Below, piece by piece: positions 35,533-46,217 of a DNA stretch of 64,000 nt; within the stretch, counting starts at the first letter, position 1, and each line of letters opens with the position of its first letter. This DNA is from Epithemia pelagica (taxonomy: Eukaryota > Protista > Bacillariophyta), in assembly GCA_946965045.2 (NCBI GenBank), contig OX337228.1, positions 4,154,001 through 4,218,000 of the forward strand. The letters are read 5' to 3'. The position numbers were made by a program, and so were the translations under genes. Below the pieces are notes generated by a model. The model made no database searches. It was not told the DNA's origin and saw only the letters and a program-made list of their open reading frames with translations.

Positions 35533-37320
35533 ATGAATGCCAACCGACAACAACAAGGAGGAGGAGGAGGCAATGTTCAACGATTCGACCCTTTGTCGAA
35601 CTCGAATGTATCATCCGCTGGATCCTTCAGGTATGGAGCCGCGGCGCCATCACCACCCGTGCGTGGATCCTACGTACAACAACAACAGCACCAACCCTCG
35701 TATCGTCAGCCCCCACCACCACCACAGTATCCACAAGCTCCACCACCTCCACCGCAAGCTCAACCTCCCCAAATCACGGCCGAACAGCTATATTTTTTAC
35801 AAAATCAAGGTTTTCCGACTGGATTGATTCAGGCGATTCTTCCCCTGAAGCAAGTCTTTCCTCTCCGTATTTGGATATTGGATAATAGTCAGTCAATGAA
35901 TGTACAAGATGCTCATGTCCTCAAGCCTGATTATCAGCAAGCAAATGTCACACGATGGCAAGAACTGCTAGATTGTGTCAAGTACCATGCCGATTTCTAT
36001 ACGCTGTTTGGCATGCCCACGAGGTTTGCCTTGTTAAACGCTCCTCCCACCAACCTGGCTGCGCCCCAGTATTTTAGCTTGCTGCAAACTGGAAATTTGG
36101 CTCAAGAACAACAAGTCATGGGTCAGGTCCTTCGAACTGTGCAACCAAACGGTCCAACACCCTTGACGACTCAACTCAACATTCTCCATCAGTATATTGC
36201 CTCCTTGGATGCTGGTTTGCGGGCACGTGGCCACACATTTTCCATTGTATTGACCACGCAAGGACTACCCACCAATGAAAAGGGAGAAAGCTCACCTCAA
36301 ATTGTCAGTGAATTCGTGCAAGCATTAAGGAAACTGGAATCCTTTTCCGTCTGGATTGTCTTGAGGTTGTGTTCCGACGATGAAAAGACGTTTGAATTCT
36401 ACAATTCGTTGGATACACAAGACAATCTCGATGTTTTGGACGACTTTTGTGGCGAAGCCTTGGAAGTCTACTTGAGAAATCCATGGTTGTGTTATGCCAT
36501 TGTTCTTCATCGTTTCCGTGAAACAGGATTTCGACATGGTACCCTCGATGCCATTGATGAACGTGCTCTCACCGTGGCTGAAATACGAGATTTGTGCCAG
36601 TTTCTCTTGGGAGTCACCCTGCCCGATCCCACCAGAGACTGGAATGGCTTTTTACGAGCACTCGAAGCTTGCATGGCACGACAAAGGCCTCATTGGAACC
36701 CCATTTTCAAAACCGTCACACCATGGGTGAATCTGCGATTGCTCCATGCTATTTACGGTCGACCTCGGGCTTCCTCCTCCACCAGCACTCCTCCGACGGG
36801 TGGAAAAGGCCCCACTTCGTCGTCACCCATGCGGCCACCACCGACAACGCCAATGCAACAACCACAGCATGCACCGCAGTCCACATCATCTGCCTCCACT
36901 ACACCACCACCGCCAAGCGCTCCCTCTGGTACATCACCTGGTACACCGCAAGCCCCGAGTACCTCGTCAACACAGGACCTCACTCAATCGATCGAAAAGT
37001 CTTGGTCCAAAGAACCTCCCATGTTTACACAAAGCAAGGGCATTTCCGTATTGTTGGGCAGTATGCATGTGACCTTTGACCTTGTGGAACCCCATGAATA
37101 CTTTTCCAAGTTCCATTCCTTTACCCAGGATGCATTGAATGGAAACGATATGGCAGTCTTGAAAAGAGCCGTCCGGAAAACACGGCTCTTTCTACATCCC
37201 GACAAGCTTCCCAAAGACTTGAATGAACATCAACAAACCTTGTGCCGAGTATTGTGGGATACCATTTCCGAGGCGTGGAATTTACAACAAGAGAAAAGTG
37301 ATGGAGCCACTTCCAAGTAG
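35533..37320 (+). CDS. vWA-like domain protein fused to a C-terminal auxilin-type J domain
   Basis: 595 aa. RIWILDNSQSMN (DxSxS), GPTPL and VLTTQGLPT form a vWA-like core, followed by a Pro/Ser/Thr linker and LKRAVRKTRLFLHPDKLP...LWDTISEAW (HPD motif, auxilin-like). Confidence 0.75.
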   Translation: MNANRQQQGGGGGNVQRFDPLSNSNVSSAGSFRYGAAAPSPPVRGSYVQQQQHQPSYRQPPPPPQYPQAPPPPPQAQPPQITAEQLYFLQNQGFPTGLIQAILPLKQVFPLRIWILDNSQSMNVQDAHVLKPDYQQANVTRWQELLDCVKYHADFYTLFGMPTRFALLNAPPTNLAAPQYFSLLQTGNLAQEQQVMGQVLRTVQPNGPTPLTTQLNILHQYIASLDAGLRARGHTFSIVLTTQGLPTNEKGESSPQIVSEFVQALRKLESFSVWIVLRLCSDDEKTFEFYNSLDTQDNLDVLDDFCGEALEVYLRNPWLCYAIVLHRFRETGFRHGTLDAIDERALTVAEIRDLCQFLLGVTLPDPTRDWNGFLRALEACMARQRPHWNPIFKTVTPWVNLRLLHAIYGRPRASSSTSTPPTGGKGPTSSSPMRPPPTTPMQQPQHAPQSTSSASTTPPPPSAPSGTSPGTPQAPSTSSTQDLTQSIEKSWSKEPPMFTQSKGISVLLGSMHVTFDLVEPHEYFSKFHSFTQDALNGNDMAVLKRAVRKTRLFLHPDKLPKDLNEHQQTLCRVLWDTISEAWNLQQEKSDGATSK

Positions 37321-37593
37321 AATGAAAAAGAGGTGTACGTATAAAGGATCATTCATCATGTATAGAGGATCATTCACATGCGAGATAGGAGTACCTAGTT
37401 TTTCCAAGTGCATGGAACCCATGTCCTCAGTCCCGTGAAGAATGAGATAAGAAATGCGTTCTAAAAGCGACCTCACCCCAAAACAGGATATGAGCTTATG
37501 CGACATTGGATTTTGAATTGCCCTTACTTGTGCACCAACTATAATTACGGATTCGGTTCACATTTTCTTCTCAACAAAAGGCCCCTTGCGACC

Positions 37594-39915
37594 ATGAATG
37601 TGCAGAAACGTAACGGCGTGTCTGTCTATTGCCTTTCTTCGGGACCTTCCCTGCCAGAGTGGCTTGGCGATAGGGCTCGAAGAAATCTTTCCAAGAAGGA
37701 TGAAGCAATCCGTCGTCGTATCGAACTCATTCAGGATTTTCAAATGCCCGCGTCGTCGTCGAAATTGGTCCGATCACTTGATGGACGTTACATTATGGCA
37801 GCTGGTACCTATCCACCCAGAATACGTTGCTACGATGTTCATGAATTGACAATGAAGTTTGAGCGGTATGTGAACGCAGAAATTGTGGATATGGTCATGC
37901 TTGGTGAAGATTATGGGAAAATGGCTCTGCTACAAGAAGATCGAACCATTAGCTTTCACGCGCACTATGGAGCCCACGAGTCCATCCGCATCCCCACATT
38001 TGGACGGGCAATGGCATACGAACCTACCACATGTGAACTTTTGATTGCCGCAAAAGGGAGTCAGATTTTCCGAGTAGACCTGGAGGAAGGTCGCTTCAGT
38101 GAACCATGGAAGTACAACACGTCATCGTCATTGACAAACTCCAGTGACGAGTCGGCATCATGTATTGCCGTGAACCAGTCATATCCCGTGGCTTGTGTTG
38201 GATGTGGAGATGGACTTGTCAGATTCTGGGACAACCGTTCACCAGACAATTTGGGTCCCATGCTTAGACTCGACGTTCAAAGTGCGACAAAAGGGTATGG
38301 ATATTCCGTGGCCGACGACATTGTGCATCGCAATATACATGAGATATCCGCCGTGAACTTTGACTCTACCGGTATGTTTCTCGCTGCAGGGACAGCTGGT
38401 GGACTCGTTGCCTTGTACGATGTCCGATCAAGCCGCCCACTTCATGTTCAAGAACACAAACATGGTTTGCCAATCAACACATTGAAGTTTCATTCGAGTT
38501 CTGGTATGCTTTTGAGCTCAGATGAAAAGCTGCTTAAAGCATGGAGATACAAATCTAGTGGGGAGGTGTCGGCCTTGAAGACTGTATTCGACGATGGTGG
38601 TGATAACGCGGCAAAAGAATCCTCTTCACTTGGTTCCGTTCTTGTCAATATCGAAAGTTCTGGAAAGCTGTCACATTTCATCGTTGCTGGAGATGAGTCC
38701 GATTCCCATGGCGAACGCAGCGGGGTTCTACTTTTGGCGACGGATCAGCCAAAGATGGAGTCGTATTATGTACCAGCTCTTGGTGTCGCTCCCAAATGGT
38801 GCTCCTTCTTGGAAAGTATCACGGAAGAACTGGCAGAGAAGGATCTTTCACGCGCTGGTGAATCTGGTGAGTCCCTACAAGCAGGGAAAGAGGCAGTCTA
38901 TGAGAACTACAAATTTGTCAGTCGCGATGATCTTGATCAACTGGGAATAGCGCATTTGGTAGGAACTCCCCTGTTACGTGGCTACATGCATGGATTCTTT
39001 ATGGACATCAATCTCTACAACCGAGCCAAGTCCATTGCAAACCCCTTTGAGTACGAGGACTACCGAAAGAAGAAGGTAAAGGAAAGATTAGAAGCCAAAC
39101 GAGCAAGTCGTATCGCGACAAAAGAAGATACCAAGAGCAAAGTCGCCGTCAACCCAGAGCTGGCTGAGCGTTTGCAAAACAAGGCGGGATCTAGGACCAA
39201 AGCAGGCAAGGCAGCGGGACAGGTATTGTCAGATGATCGTTTTGGTAGTCTCTTTACAAACCCCGACTATCACATTGATGAAGAGGATGAAAACTTCAAG
39301 CTTCGAAATCCAAGTGGTGTGGCTGCAAACCGACGGAAAAGGGACAATATGGACAGTGATGACGAAGATGAAAGTGAAAACGAAGAGAATGAGCCTTCCA
39401 AGGATCAAATTGCCAATGATGGTATGGAAAAATGGATTGATGAAGAGGGAGAGGATTTTGAACGTGATGCTTCGAGTGAAAGCGACAGTGACGATGACGG
39501 TTTCCGGGGCGCCAAGGTTCGTGGCGAGGCCTTTGATGAAATGAAAGGCCAACGAAACAAGGGGGCGCAAACAACATTCAAACCAGATCAGCAGCACACT
39601 TCCAAAACCAAGCTTCGCGAACTGGTTGTGAAGGAAACAGATGGCAGCGCCATGGAGTTGGCGTTGGGCAAAAGTAAACCTGCACTTCCACACAGCAAAG
39701 TTGATAAAGAAAAGGATCGACCGTTGTCTCAAAGACTAGCCTCGCACGACGAAAAAGACTTGAATCCAGATATATGGATGAAAGGCGGAAGCAAGCAAAT
39801 ATCCTACATTCCCAAAGATGCCAAACGAAGGGTGGAATCGGACAGAGGAGAGGGAAGAGAGCGTGGACGAAAACGAAGAGGGACCAAAGAACTCAAGCTG
39901 AAAGGGCGTTTTTGA
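37594..39915 (+). CDS. NOL10: Nucleolar protein 10 / Enp2 (WD40 + NUC153)
   Basis: NGVSVYCLSSG, RRRIELIQDFQMP, GTYPPRIRCYDV, YYVPALGVAPKWCSFLESITEEL, RGYMHGFF, DDRFGSLFTNPDY. Start placed at the ATG at 37594. Confidence 0.94.
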   Translation: MNVQKRNGVSVYCLSSGPSLPEWLGDRARRNLSKKDEAIRRRIELIQDFQMPASSSKLVRSLDGRYIMAAGTYPPRIRCYDVHELTMKFERYVNAEIVDMVMLGEDYGKMALLQEDRTISFHAHYGAHESIRIPTFGRAMAYEPTTCELLIAAKGSQIFRVDLEEGRFSEPWKYNTSSSLTNSSDESASCIAVNQSYPVACVGCGDGLVRFWDNRSPDNLGPMLRLDVQSATKGYGYSVADDIVHRNIHEISAVNFDSTGMFLAAGTAGGLVALYDVRSSRPLHVQEHKHGLPINTLKFHSSSGMLLSSDEKLLKAWRYKSSGEVSALKTVFDDGGDNAAKESSSLGSVLVNIESSGKLSHFIVAGDESDSHGERSGVLLLATDQPKMESYYVPALGVAPKWCSFLESITEELAEKDLSRAGESGESLQAGKEAVYENYKFVSRDDLDQLGIAHLVGTPLLRGYMHGFFMDINLYNRAKSIANPFEYEDYRKKKVKERLEAKRASRIATKEDTKSKVAVNPELAERLQNKAGSRTKAGKAAGQVLSDDRFGSLFTNPDYHIDEEDENFKLRNPSGVAANRRKRDNMDSDDEDESENEENEPSKDQIANDGMEKWIDEEGEDFERDASSESDSDDDGFRGAKVRGEAFDEMKGQRNKGAQTTFKPDQQHTSKTKLRELVVKETDGSAMELALGKSKPALPHSKVDKEKDRPLSQRLASHDEKDLNPDIWMKGGSKQISYIPKDAKRRVESDRGEGRERGRKRRGTKELKLKGRF

Positions 39916-39974
39916 AGCATCTTCAACTAGTAATCTCACAACATTGCGAGTATGAGGTGCACTATGCACTAGTT

Positions 39975-41554
39975 TTATGCATAGTACTTTCCGTCAATGT
40001 TCCTTGAGTAGCCAATGCCAGGAGTGCCAAAGAGGATACGTGTACTTAGGACACCGTCCAACATTGTCATGGACTTTTGCAATTCTTTGAGATTGATGGA
40101 AGTTCCTTCGACGTGGACGGCCGGATCCAAGTCAATGACATTATAAGCAATATCCCCTCGTGATTGATTGATTTGTTGGGCAATATTGACACCTGCTTTT
40201 CCCAGACATTCCGTGATTTTCGAAAGCATACCTGGTATATTGCGATTGACCACCGTAATCCTAATCACACGTTCGTGACGTTCGGGAAGACTGGTGTTGG
40301 GGAAGTTCACACTATGACGAATGTGACCATGCTCCAAATACTCTCGAATGGTTTCGGCCGCCATGGCGGCAGCTTCGTCTTCGGCCTCTGCGGTCGAGGC
40401 ACCCAAGTGCGGCAAAAGAACAGCGTTTTCATGATCCCAAACCACGTCATCGGGGAAATCAGAGATATAACGACCCTGTCCCTTATCCAAAAAGGCTTTG
40501 ATTGCGTTGGAATCGACCAATTCTCCTCGAGCAAAGTTGAGAAGGACAGCATCTTGTTTGAAATGGGCAATGACATCGGGGCCAATAATTCCGTGTGTAC
40601 CACCTTCCTCGACAGATCCCTTAATATAGGGAATATTGAGACTGATATAATCCGCCTTGGCAACCGCCGAAGCAATGGAATCTGCCAGTTGAATTTCTCG
40701 TGGCAGTTTGAGGGCCGACTGCACCGAGAGTCCAGGATCGTAGCCTTGGACGGACATTCCCAAAAAGGTGGCATCTCGCGCCGTGGCAGCACCAATGTGT
40801 CCCAATCCAATGACGGCCAAGGTCTTTCCTCGCAGTTCTCGTCCACCAAACATGGACTTGTCTTTTTCGACACGTTCTCGAGCCAGTCCCTGTTCCCCCA
40901 ATGACTTCATGTGATTGACGCCGTCCACCACTCGTCGACTGCCCAAAAACAATGCACACAAAATCAGTTCTTTGACGGCATTCGCATTGGCTCCTGGTGT
41001 ATTGAAAACAGGGATACCAAGCTCGGTCATGCGCTGGACAGGGATATTGTTGGTTCCAGCGCCACATCGAGCAATGGCCCGAACAGGGTAGTCAACTTCA
41101 CTCTCTTGGAGTTTGTGACTGCGCAACAAGAGCGCATGGGCCTTGTTGGTGGAAGAGTCTGCTGGTTCCACATCGTAGTACTCATCCGGAAAGCGTTCGA
41201 GTCCTTTGGACGAGATCTTATTGAATGTTTGGACAGAGTACTTTCCTGTATTGGTGAAATCTTTGATATCATCCACGTTCCATCCAGAAGTATAGAATTC
41301 GACATCGACAGGACTGCGCAAACATAGAAAAGAGAAGCGACGACGTGGTAAAAAGGGCCATGAGACGACATATTCCACCTTTTAGATAGGAAGGAAGAAG
41401 ACATGATGGCATATAATTCTAGACAGTGTACTCACAGATTTGGACCATCTCGGTTGATGGTGCTACTCATCGCCCTTGCCGTCTGGACACGAGCATGGCC
41501 AAGGAAGTGGCGAATACAACCTTTGCTAGCGTTTAGGGTCGAAAGGACTGGCAT
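39975..41554 (-). CDS. PHGDH: D-3-phosphoglycerate dehydrogenase, copy 1; 2 exons (41554-41436, 41313-39975), 485 aa
   Basis: RCGAGTNNIPV, VFNTPGANANAVKEL, GKTLAVIGLGHIG, LLNFARGELV, PHLGASTAEAE, and a C-terminal ACT domain. Arg-rich presequence; 122-nt GTGAGT...CAG intron. Confidence 0.92.
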
Positions 41555-42213
41555 GGTCGTGGTCTCATGTGGCAAATGTTTGTGAGGAAGCGTCTCTACA
41601 AGCAAAGAGCGATGGATATGGATCCGGAGGTGACAAGTGACAATACGAGTACAGCGCAGCGACACAAAAAAGGTGAGCGACGGCTTGCTGGACCATTTGC
41701 AGTCCATCCAATTCCCACCGTCACAGACACGTTCCCCTTCGGTGCGTGCCGAATGCCAACCACAGCGCAGACGCGGCGGAAGATCCCAGGATCTCGATCG
41801 CTCTCGCGCGATCTTTCGTGTTGTGGGGTGAGAATCTTGGACGTAATCCATGAACGTGCGCATCGATTCGTTGACTGTATGTTTAGACTGTACAAACGGG
41901 CGAACGTCAGGCTATGCCCGTGCATATGCGACCGTTTCCCCCTCCTACAAATCGTCGTACGTGTCTGTGTGATGCGTGTGTGAAGCGATGGAACGATCTT
42001 TGCGACTGGCCAAAGACACACCGTTGCAGGTTCCCCCATATTGAAATTGAACCCATCAAGTTCACACTTCACAACACATCATCATTGTCTCTTCAGGTAA
42101 TTTTCCCGTCGGTCGGAAGATTGGTTGGCTGACAAATGCGTGCCATCACCACAACCATCACTCTTTTCTTCGTGGACTTTGTGGTCGTCTTGAGTAGTGT
42201 CTCTTCCACCACC

Positions 42214-44000
42214 ATGCTGCATGCCTTCCAATCTTCGTCGTCGTCCTCGACGTCTTGCGTAAGAACGACCTTGCTGCGCAATCGAATGCCAACCTTTACG
42301 CGGTTGCAGTCGGCCGTGGCTCCTCCCGTCGTGCACAACAATCAAGTTCTACCAACCTTGCAGCTCATCCGAAACTTGACCAGTACTACTGGCATTGATG
42401 TGGAGCATGGACGTGGACAGTGGAAAACATATGGAAATGTGTCGTCCTACAAGGTAAGGAACTCAAAAACGAATCTGTGTGGTGCATGTTCCGAACCCGA
42501 TCCGACGGACAAACGGGCGACGGTGCAATGTGACCAACCAATGTGTGTGGACCACCCTTTCTCACCCAAACGAGTGTTGCATCGTCATGTTTTGGTGTGA
42601 ATAATCACACAGCCAGGAAAGTTCCAAATCCAAACCTTTAACAAAATCTCCCCAATTGGTTTGAGTCGCTTTTCGGACGAGTTTTACGATGTGGTAAAGG
42701 GAGGTGAATCCGAGCATGCCAACGCCCATGCCATTATTCTTCGAAGCCATAAACTCCAAGAAGACGAAATCCCACACACCACTCGAGCCATTGCGCGGTA
42801 CGTGATGAATATGGACTTGACCGGAAAACCGAAAATGTCTCTGCTTCTATGCCTCTGCGTTGTTGGTCTCTCATACTGATGTTGACCCTTTTCGTTTGTC
42901 GATTTGCCTTGACTTACAGATGCGGTGCAGGAACCAACAATATCCCTGTGGCTCGAATGACAGAGCTCGGTATCCCAGTGTTTAACACTCCAGGAGCGAA
43001 TGCCAATGCAGTCATGGAGTTGGTCATTTGCGGATTACTCCTTGGTTCTCGTCGCATCGTGGATGGGGTCAACCACATGAAAGATCTCGGTAACCAAGGT
43101 CTTGCTCGCGAACGCGTCGAGAAAGACAAGGCAATGTTTGGTGGCCGCGAGATTCGAGGCAAGACCTTAGCTGTCATTGGGTTGGGACACATTGGCTCCA
43201 TTACGGCCCGAACAGCCAGCGACTTGGGAATGGAGTTGAAAGGATACGACCCTGGTCTCTCGGTACAATCGGCCCTGAAACTCCCTCGAGCTCTGAAGTT
43301 AGAGGATTCTATCGCCGCTGCCGTGGCTGGAGCCGATTATATCAGTATCAACATCCCTTACATTAAGGGAGAGGGCGGAACCCACGGAATTATTGGGTCT
43401 CAAGTCATTGAACACTTCAAGAAAGATGCTGTCTTGCTCAACTTTGCCCGTGGTGAACTTGTGGATTCTGATGCCCTCAAAGACTTTATGGACAAGAATG
43501 ACGGTGCTCGCTACGTTTCAGATTTCCCTGACGATGTACTCTGGGATCACAAGAATTCCATAATTTTGCCCCACCTCGGTGCCTCGACAGAAGAAGCCGA
43601 AGATGCCGCCGCCTCCATGGCTGTGGACACGGTTCGGGACTTTTTGGAAACGGGTACCATTCGAAATTCTGTCAACTTTCCTGCTACATCCATGGCGGAT
43701 CGACCCGGTGGCACAGTTCGGTTTACCGTTGTCAACAAGAATGTTCCCGGTGTCTTGGCCAAGATCACAGATGCCTTTGCACACGAAGAACTCAACATTG
43801 TCCAACAAATTAATCAGTCACGAGGCGACATAGCCTACAATGTCCTCGATATTGACACAACTGCACATGAAGACGTCCTTAGCTTCAAGACAGTGCAAGA
43901 ACGCATCACGATGCTTGAAGGTGTACTGAGCAGTCGCATTATCTACGGCTTACCCGGCACTGGATACGCCAGAAACCTGGAAGGAGAGTATTTCGTATAA
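42214..44000 (+). CDS. PHGDH: D-3-phosphoglycerate dehydrogenase, copy 2; 3 exons (42214-42453, 42613-42797, 42920-44000), 501 aa (527 aa if the ATG at 42136 is used)
   Basis: Same motifs as copy 1 (R|CGAGTNNIPV, GKTLAVIGLGHIG, PHLGASTEEAE, ACT domain). Introns of 159 and 122 nt keep the frame. Confidence 0.92.
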
Positions 44001-44345
44001 CCTAGAAGTAAGATAGAGATATTGGCGCTTTCTAAACAGTTCCCGCGGTTCTCCAGAACGACACAAAAGTCGCTTTATCGACAGCCTGCCAGGAACTGGG
44101 AGATGGATAAACCATTACCTATATGGCATGAGAGGAAATAAAGATTGTGACGCTTTCTACCTCGAACAGTTCATGACACATATCGGTATGTTACCAATAT
44201 AATAGATGCAGCCCCTATTCCTTTTCTCAACGGCGATTACTAATTTCTCGAATTAAATCTAGAACTAAAGTCGTAATTGTCGCATGAGCTTCTGAAGTGC
44301 TTGGTGATGTTGATCTAAAAGGCATTCCACAGCAGTATTGATAGC

Positions 44346-44993
44346 TTACTTCTTCTTTCCGAAAACTTCACCCATGGCATCAGACCATCCCTTAGAATCG
44401 TCCTTTGATCCGGAGTAGTCATACTTAGTCTTAGCGAAAGTGTGTCCTCGGCCAGGGGCACTCAACCACGAACCTCCTTCGGAAGTTCCGCGGTTTTCGT
44501 AGAACCTGTCGAATGATCGGAACTTGCCGGCCTTGGCAACGTTCTTTTCGTAATTAGCCTTTGTCTTGGCGGCATCGGCCGAGCGGACCTTCTTATATTG
44601 CTCCAAAGTCAATCCATTTGGGACGTAAGATCCGGCGCCAACAGATCCTTGCTTGGTCTACAGGAATGAAAGTTGAAGTTAGAGGGGATGTGAAGGCTCA
44701 AGGTTAAGTCAGCAAAGCAACAAATACCATCGTCCTCTTACCTTTGACATCTTGTTGCGAGCACCATAGTCGTTTTGGTCCTTGACGGGAGTGAAAAGGT
44801 CCATTCCGAAAATCTGGAACACGGCGAAAAAGCATGTCAGCGACATCAACCAGAGCAAAGTGCGAAATGATGAACTGGCTCAACTTACAGAGTCAAAGAG
44901 CGCATTCAGCTCAGTGCTCGAGCGAGTTGCTTGTTGAGGAGCAAAGGCAGAAGCCAAAGAGAGAACGGCAAGAAAAGCGGCGATGACCTTCAT
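44346..44993 (-). CDS. Plastid-targeted protein of unknown function; 3 exons (44993-44889, 44813-44742, 44657-44346), 162 aa
   Basis: Exact motif MKVIAAFLAVLSLASA-FAPQQ followed by a transit peptide ending TELNA. Two phase-0 GTAAG...AG introns give a continuous basic, Gly/aromatic-rich mature protein. Confidence 0.85.
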
Positions 44994-45491
44994 GGTGATG
45001 CTACGAATTACAACTGGTACAAGTTAATAGGAAGTTGATTCCGTGTTGTCTTGGTGGAAGTTTCTGCTCTGCGTATCTTTAAAACGAACCCGGATACTGA
45101 CGTGTATTGGATCAGGGGACTGTACACTTACACCTTCACTCCTACAGAAAAATTCATACTCCTAACTCCTTAGAATCGAAGTCTGTCCATGGTACCTGAC
45201 TCAAGGTTTCGCTTCGGCATTCGGCGGACCCAATTCCCCTACTCCCAAGTCATGTTGAGAGCAAGAGACTTGCTATAGACGACAGACGAAGTCTACAAGG
45301 ATGACATTACGATACAACGATACTCTAAAAATCTGACTGGTACTGGGCCAAACACGACGTGACTACCCAACAGGAGCTTCTATAATTCGTCCAACCGCCA
45401 GAGAAAACCCTCTTTAAGTCAAGAGACATGATTCAGGCACACCACGCAATGATATTGGTCTTTTTGCCTGACACCTTGAGCTTTTTGTGTT

Positions 45492-45906
45492 TCACACATC
45501 AATCAGACCTCCACTCGTGGAAACTGTTGCTCGTCTTGTTGTGCGAATGGAGAGCTTACGACCGTAATTTCTCTTAATTTCGTCTTCAATCCGATGGATT
45601 TGAGCCCTTTCCTGCGAACGTAGTTAAGAATCGTGAGGTTTTGGTGCACTGACTGGTTTCATGATTATCATAATGGGCTCTCATTTTCATTGATGTCAAA
45701 TGTAAACATACCACGGATTCTTGGGCGTGGCCCATGAGCATGTACCCGGTGCAAAATCCTGAGATAGATGCAACTGCGAGAACCTTGGGAATATGCTCCG
45801 GAGTGAAAAAAGACGAGATCCCGCTCCTCGTTGTTGATCTAATGGAAGATATTGATGAGTGAACCGAAATGAACAGTCTTATCGCTCGCCTAGTATTTGT
45901 CAACAT
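45492..45906 (-). CDS. Small putative mitochondrial single-pass membrane protein; 2 exons (45906-45712, 45611-45492), 104 aa
   Basis: Arg/Ser-rich acid-free N-terminus MLTNTRRAIRLFISVHSSISSIRSTTRS, TM-like VLAVASISGFCTGYMLM, and a phase-0 GTATGT...CAG intron leading to ERAQIHRIEDEIKRNYGRK. Confidence 0.55.
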
Positions 45907-46217
45907 GTCTGCTTGGTTTATATCGCAAATGGATTTGTAAACACAATCTTAAGATCTCCACTCGTTATGTTGTCCTGCTTCGGCATTGTCATCTTTCTAT
46001 TTTCTATTTTCCCCATCTTACGCTTGTGCTGATGACGTCCACTTCCGAGTTCCAGTCACTAATGAACCACGTTGCCCACTGACGCGAAAGCATTTGAATT
46101 TTGAATGACCGTCTGCCCCTTGTACGAACGCGTGTCTTTGGTGTGTCTGATATGCAACACAGAATTCAAAGCAGAGCCTCAGATCTCAGACATCTTTGGA
46201 TGGGAAAGATCGCCATC

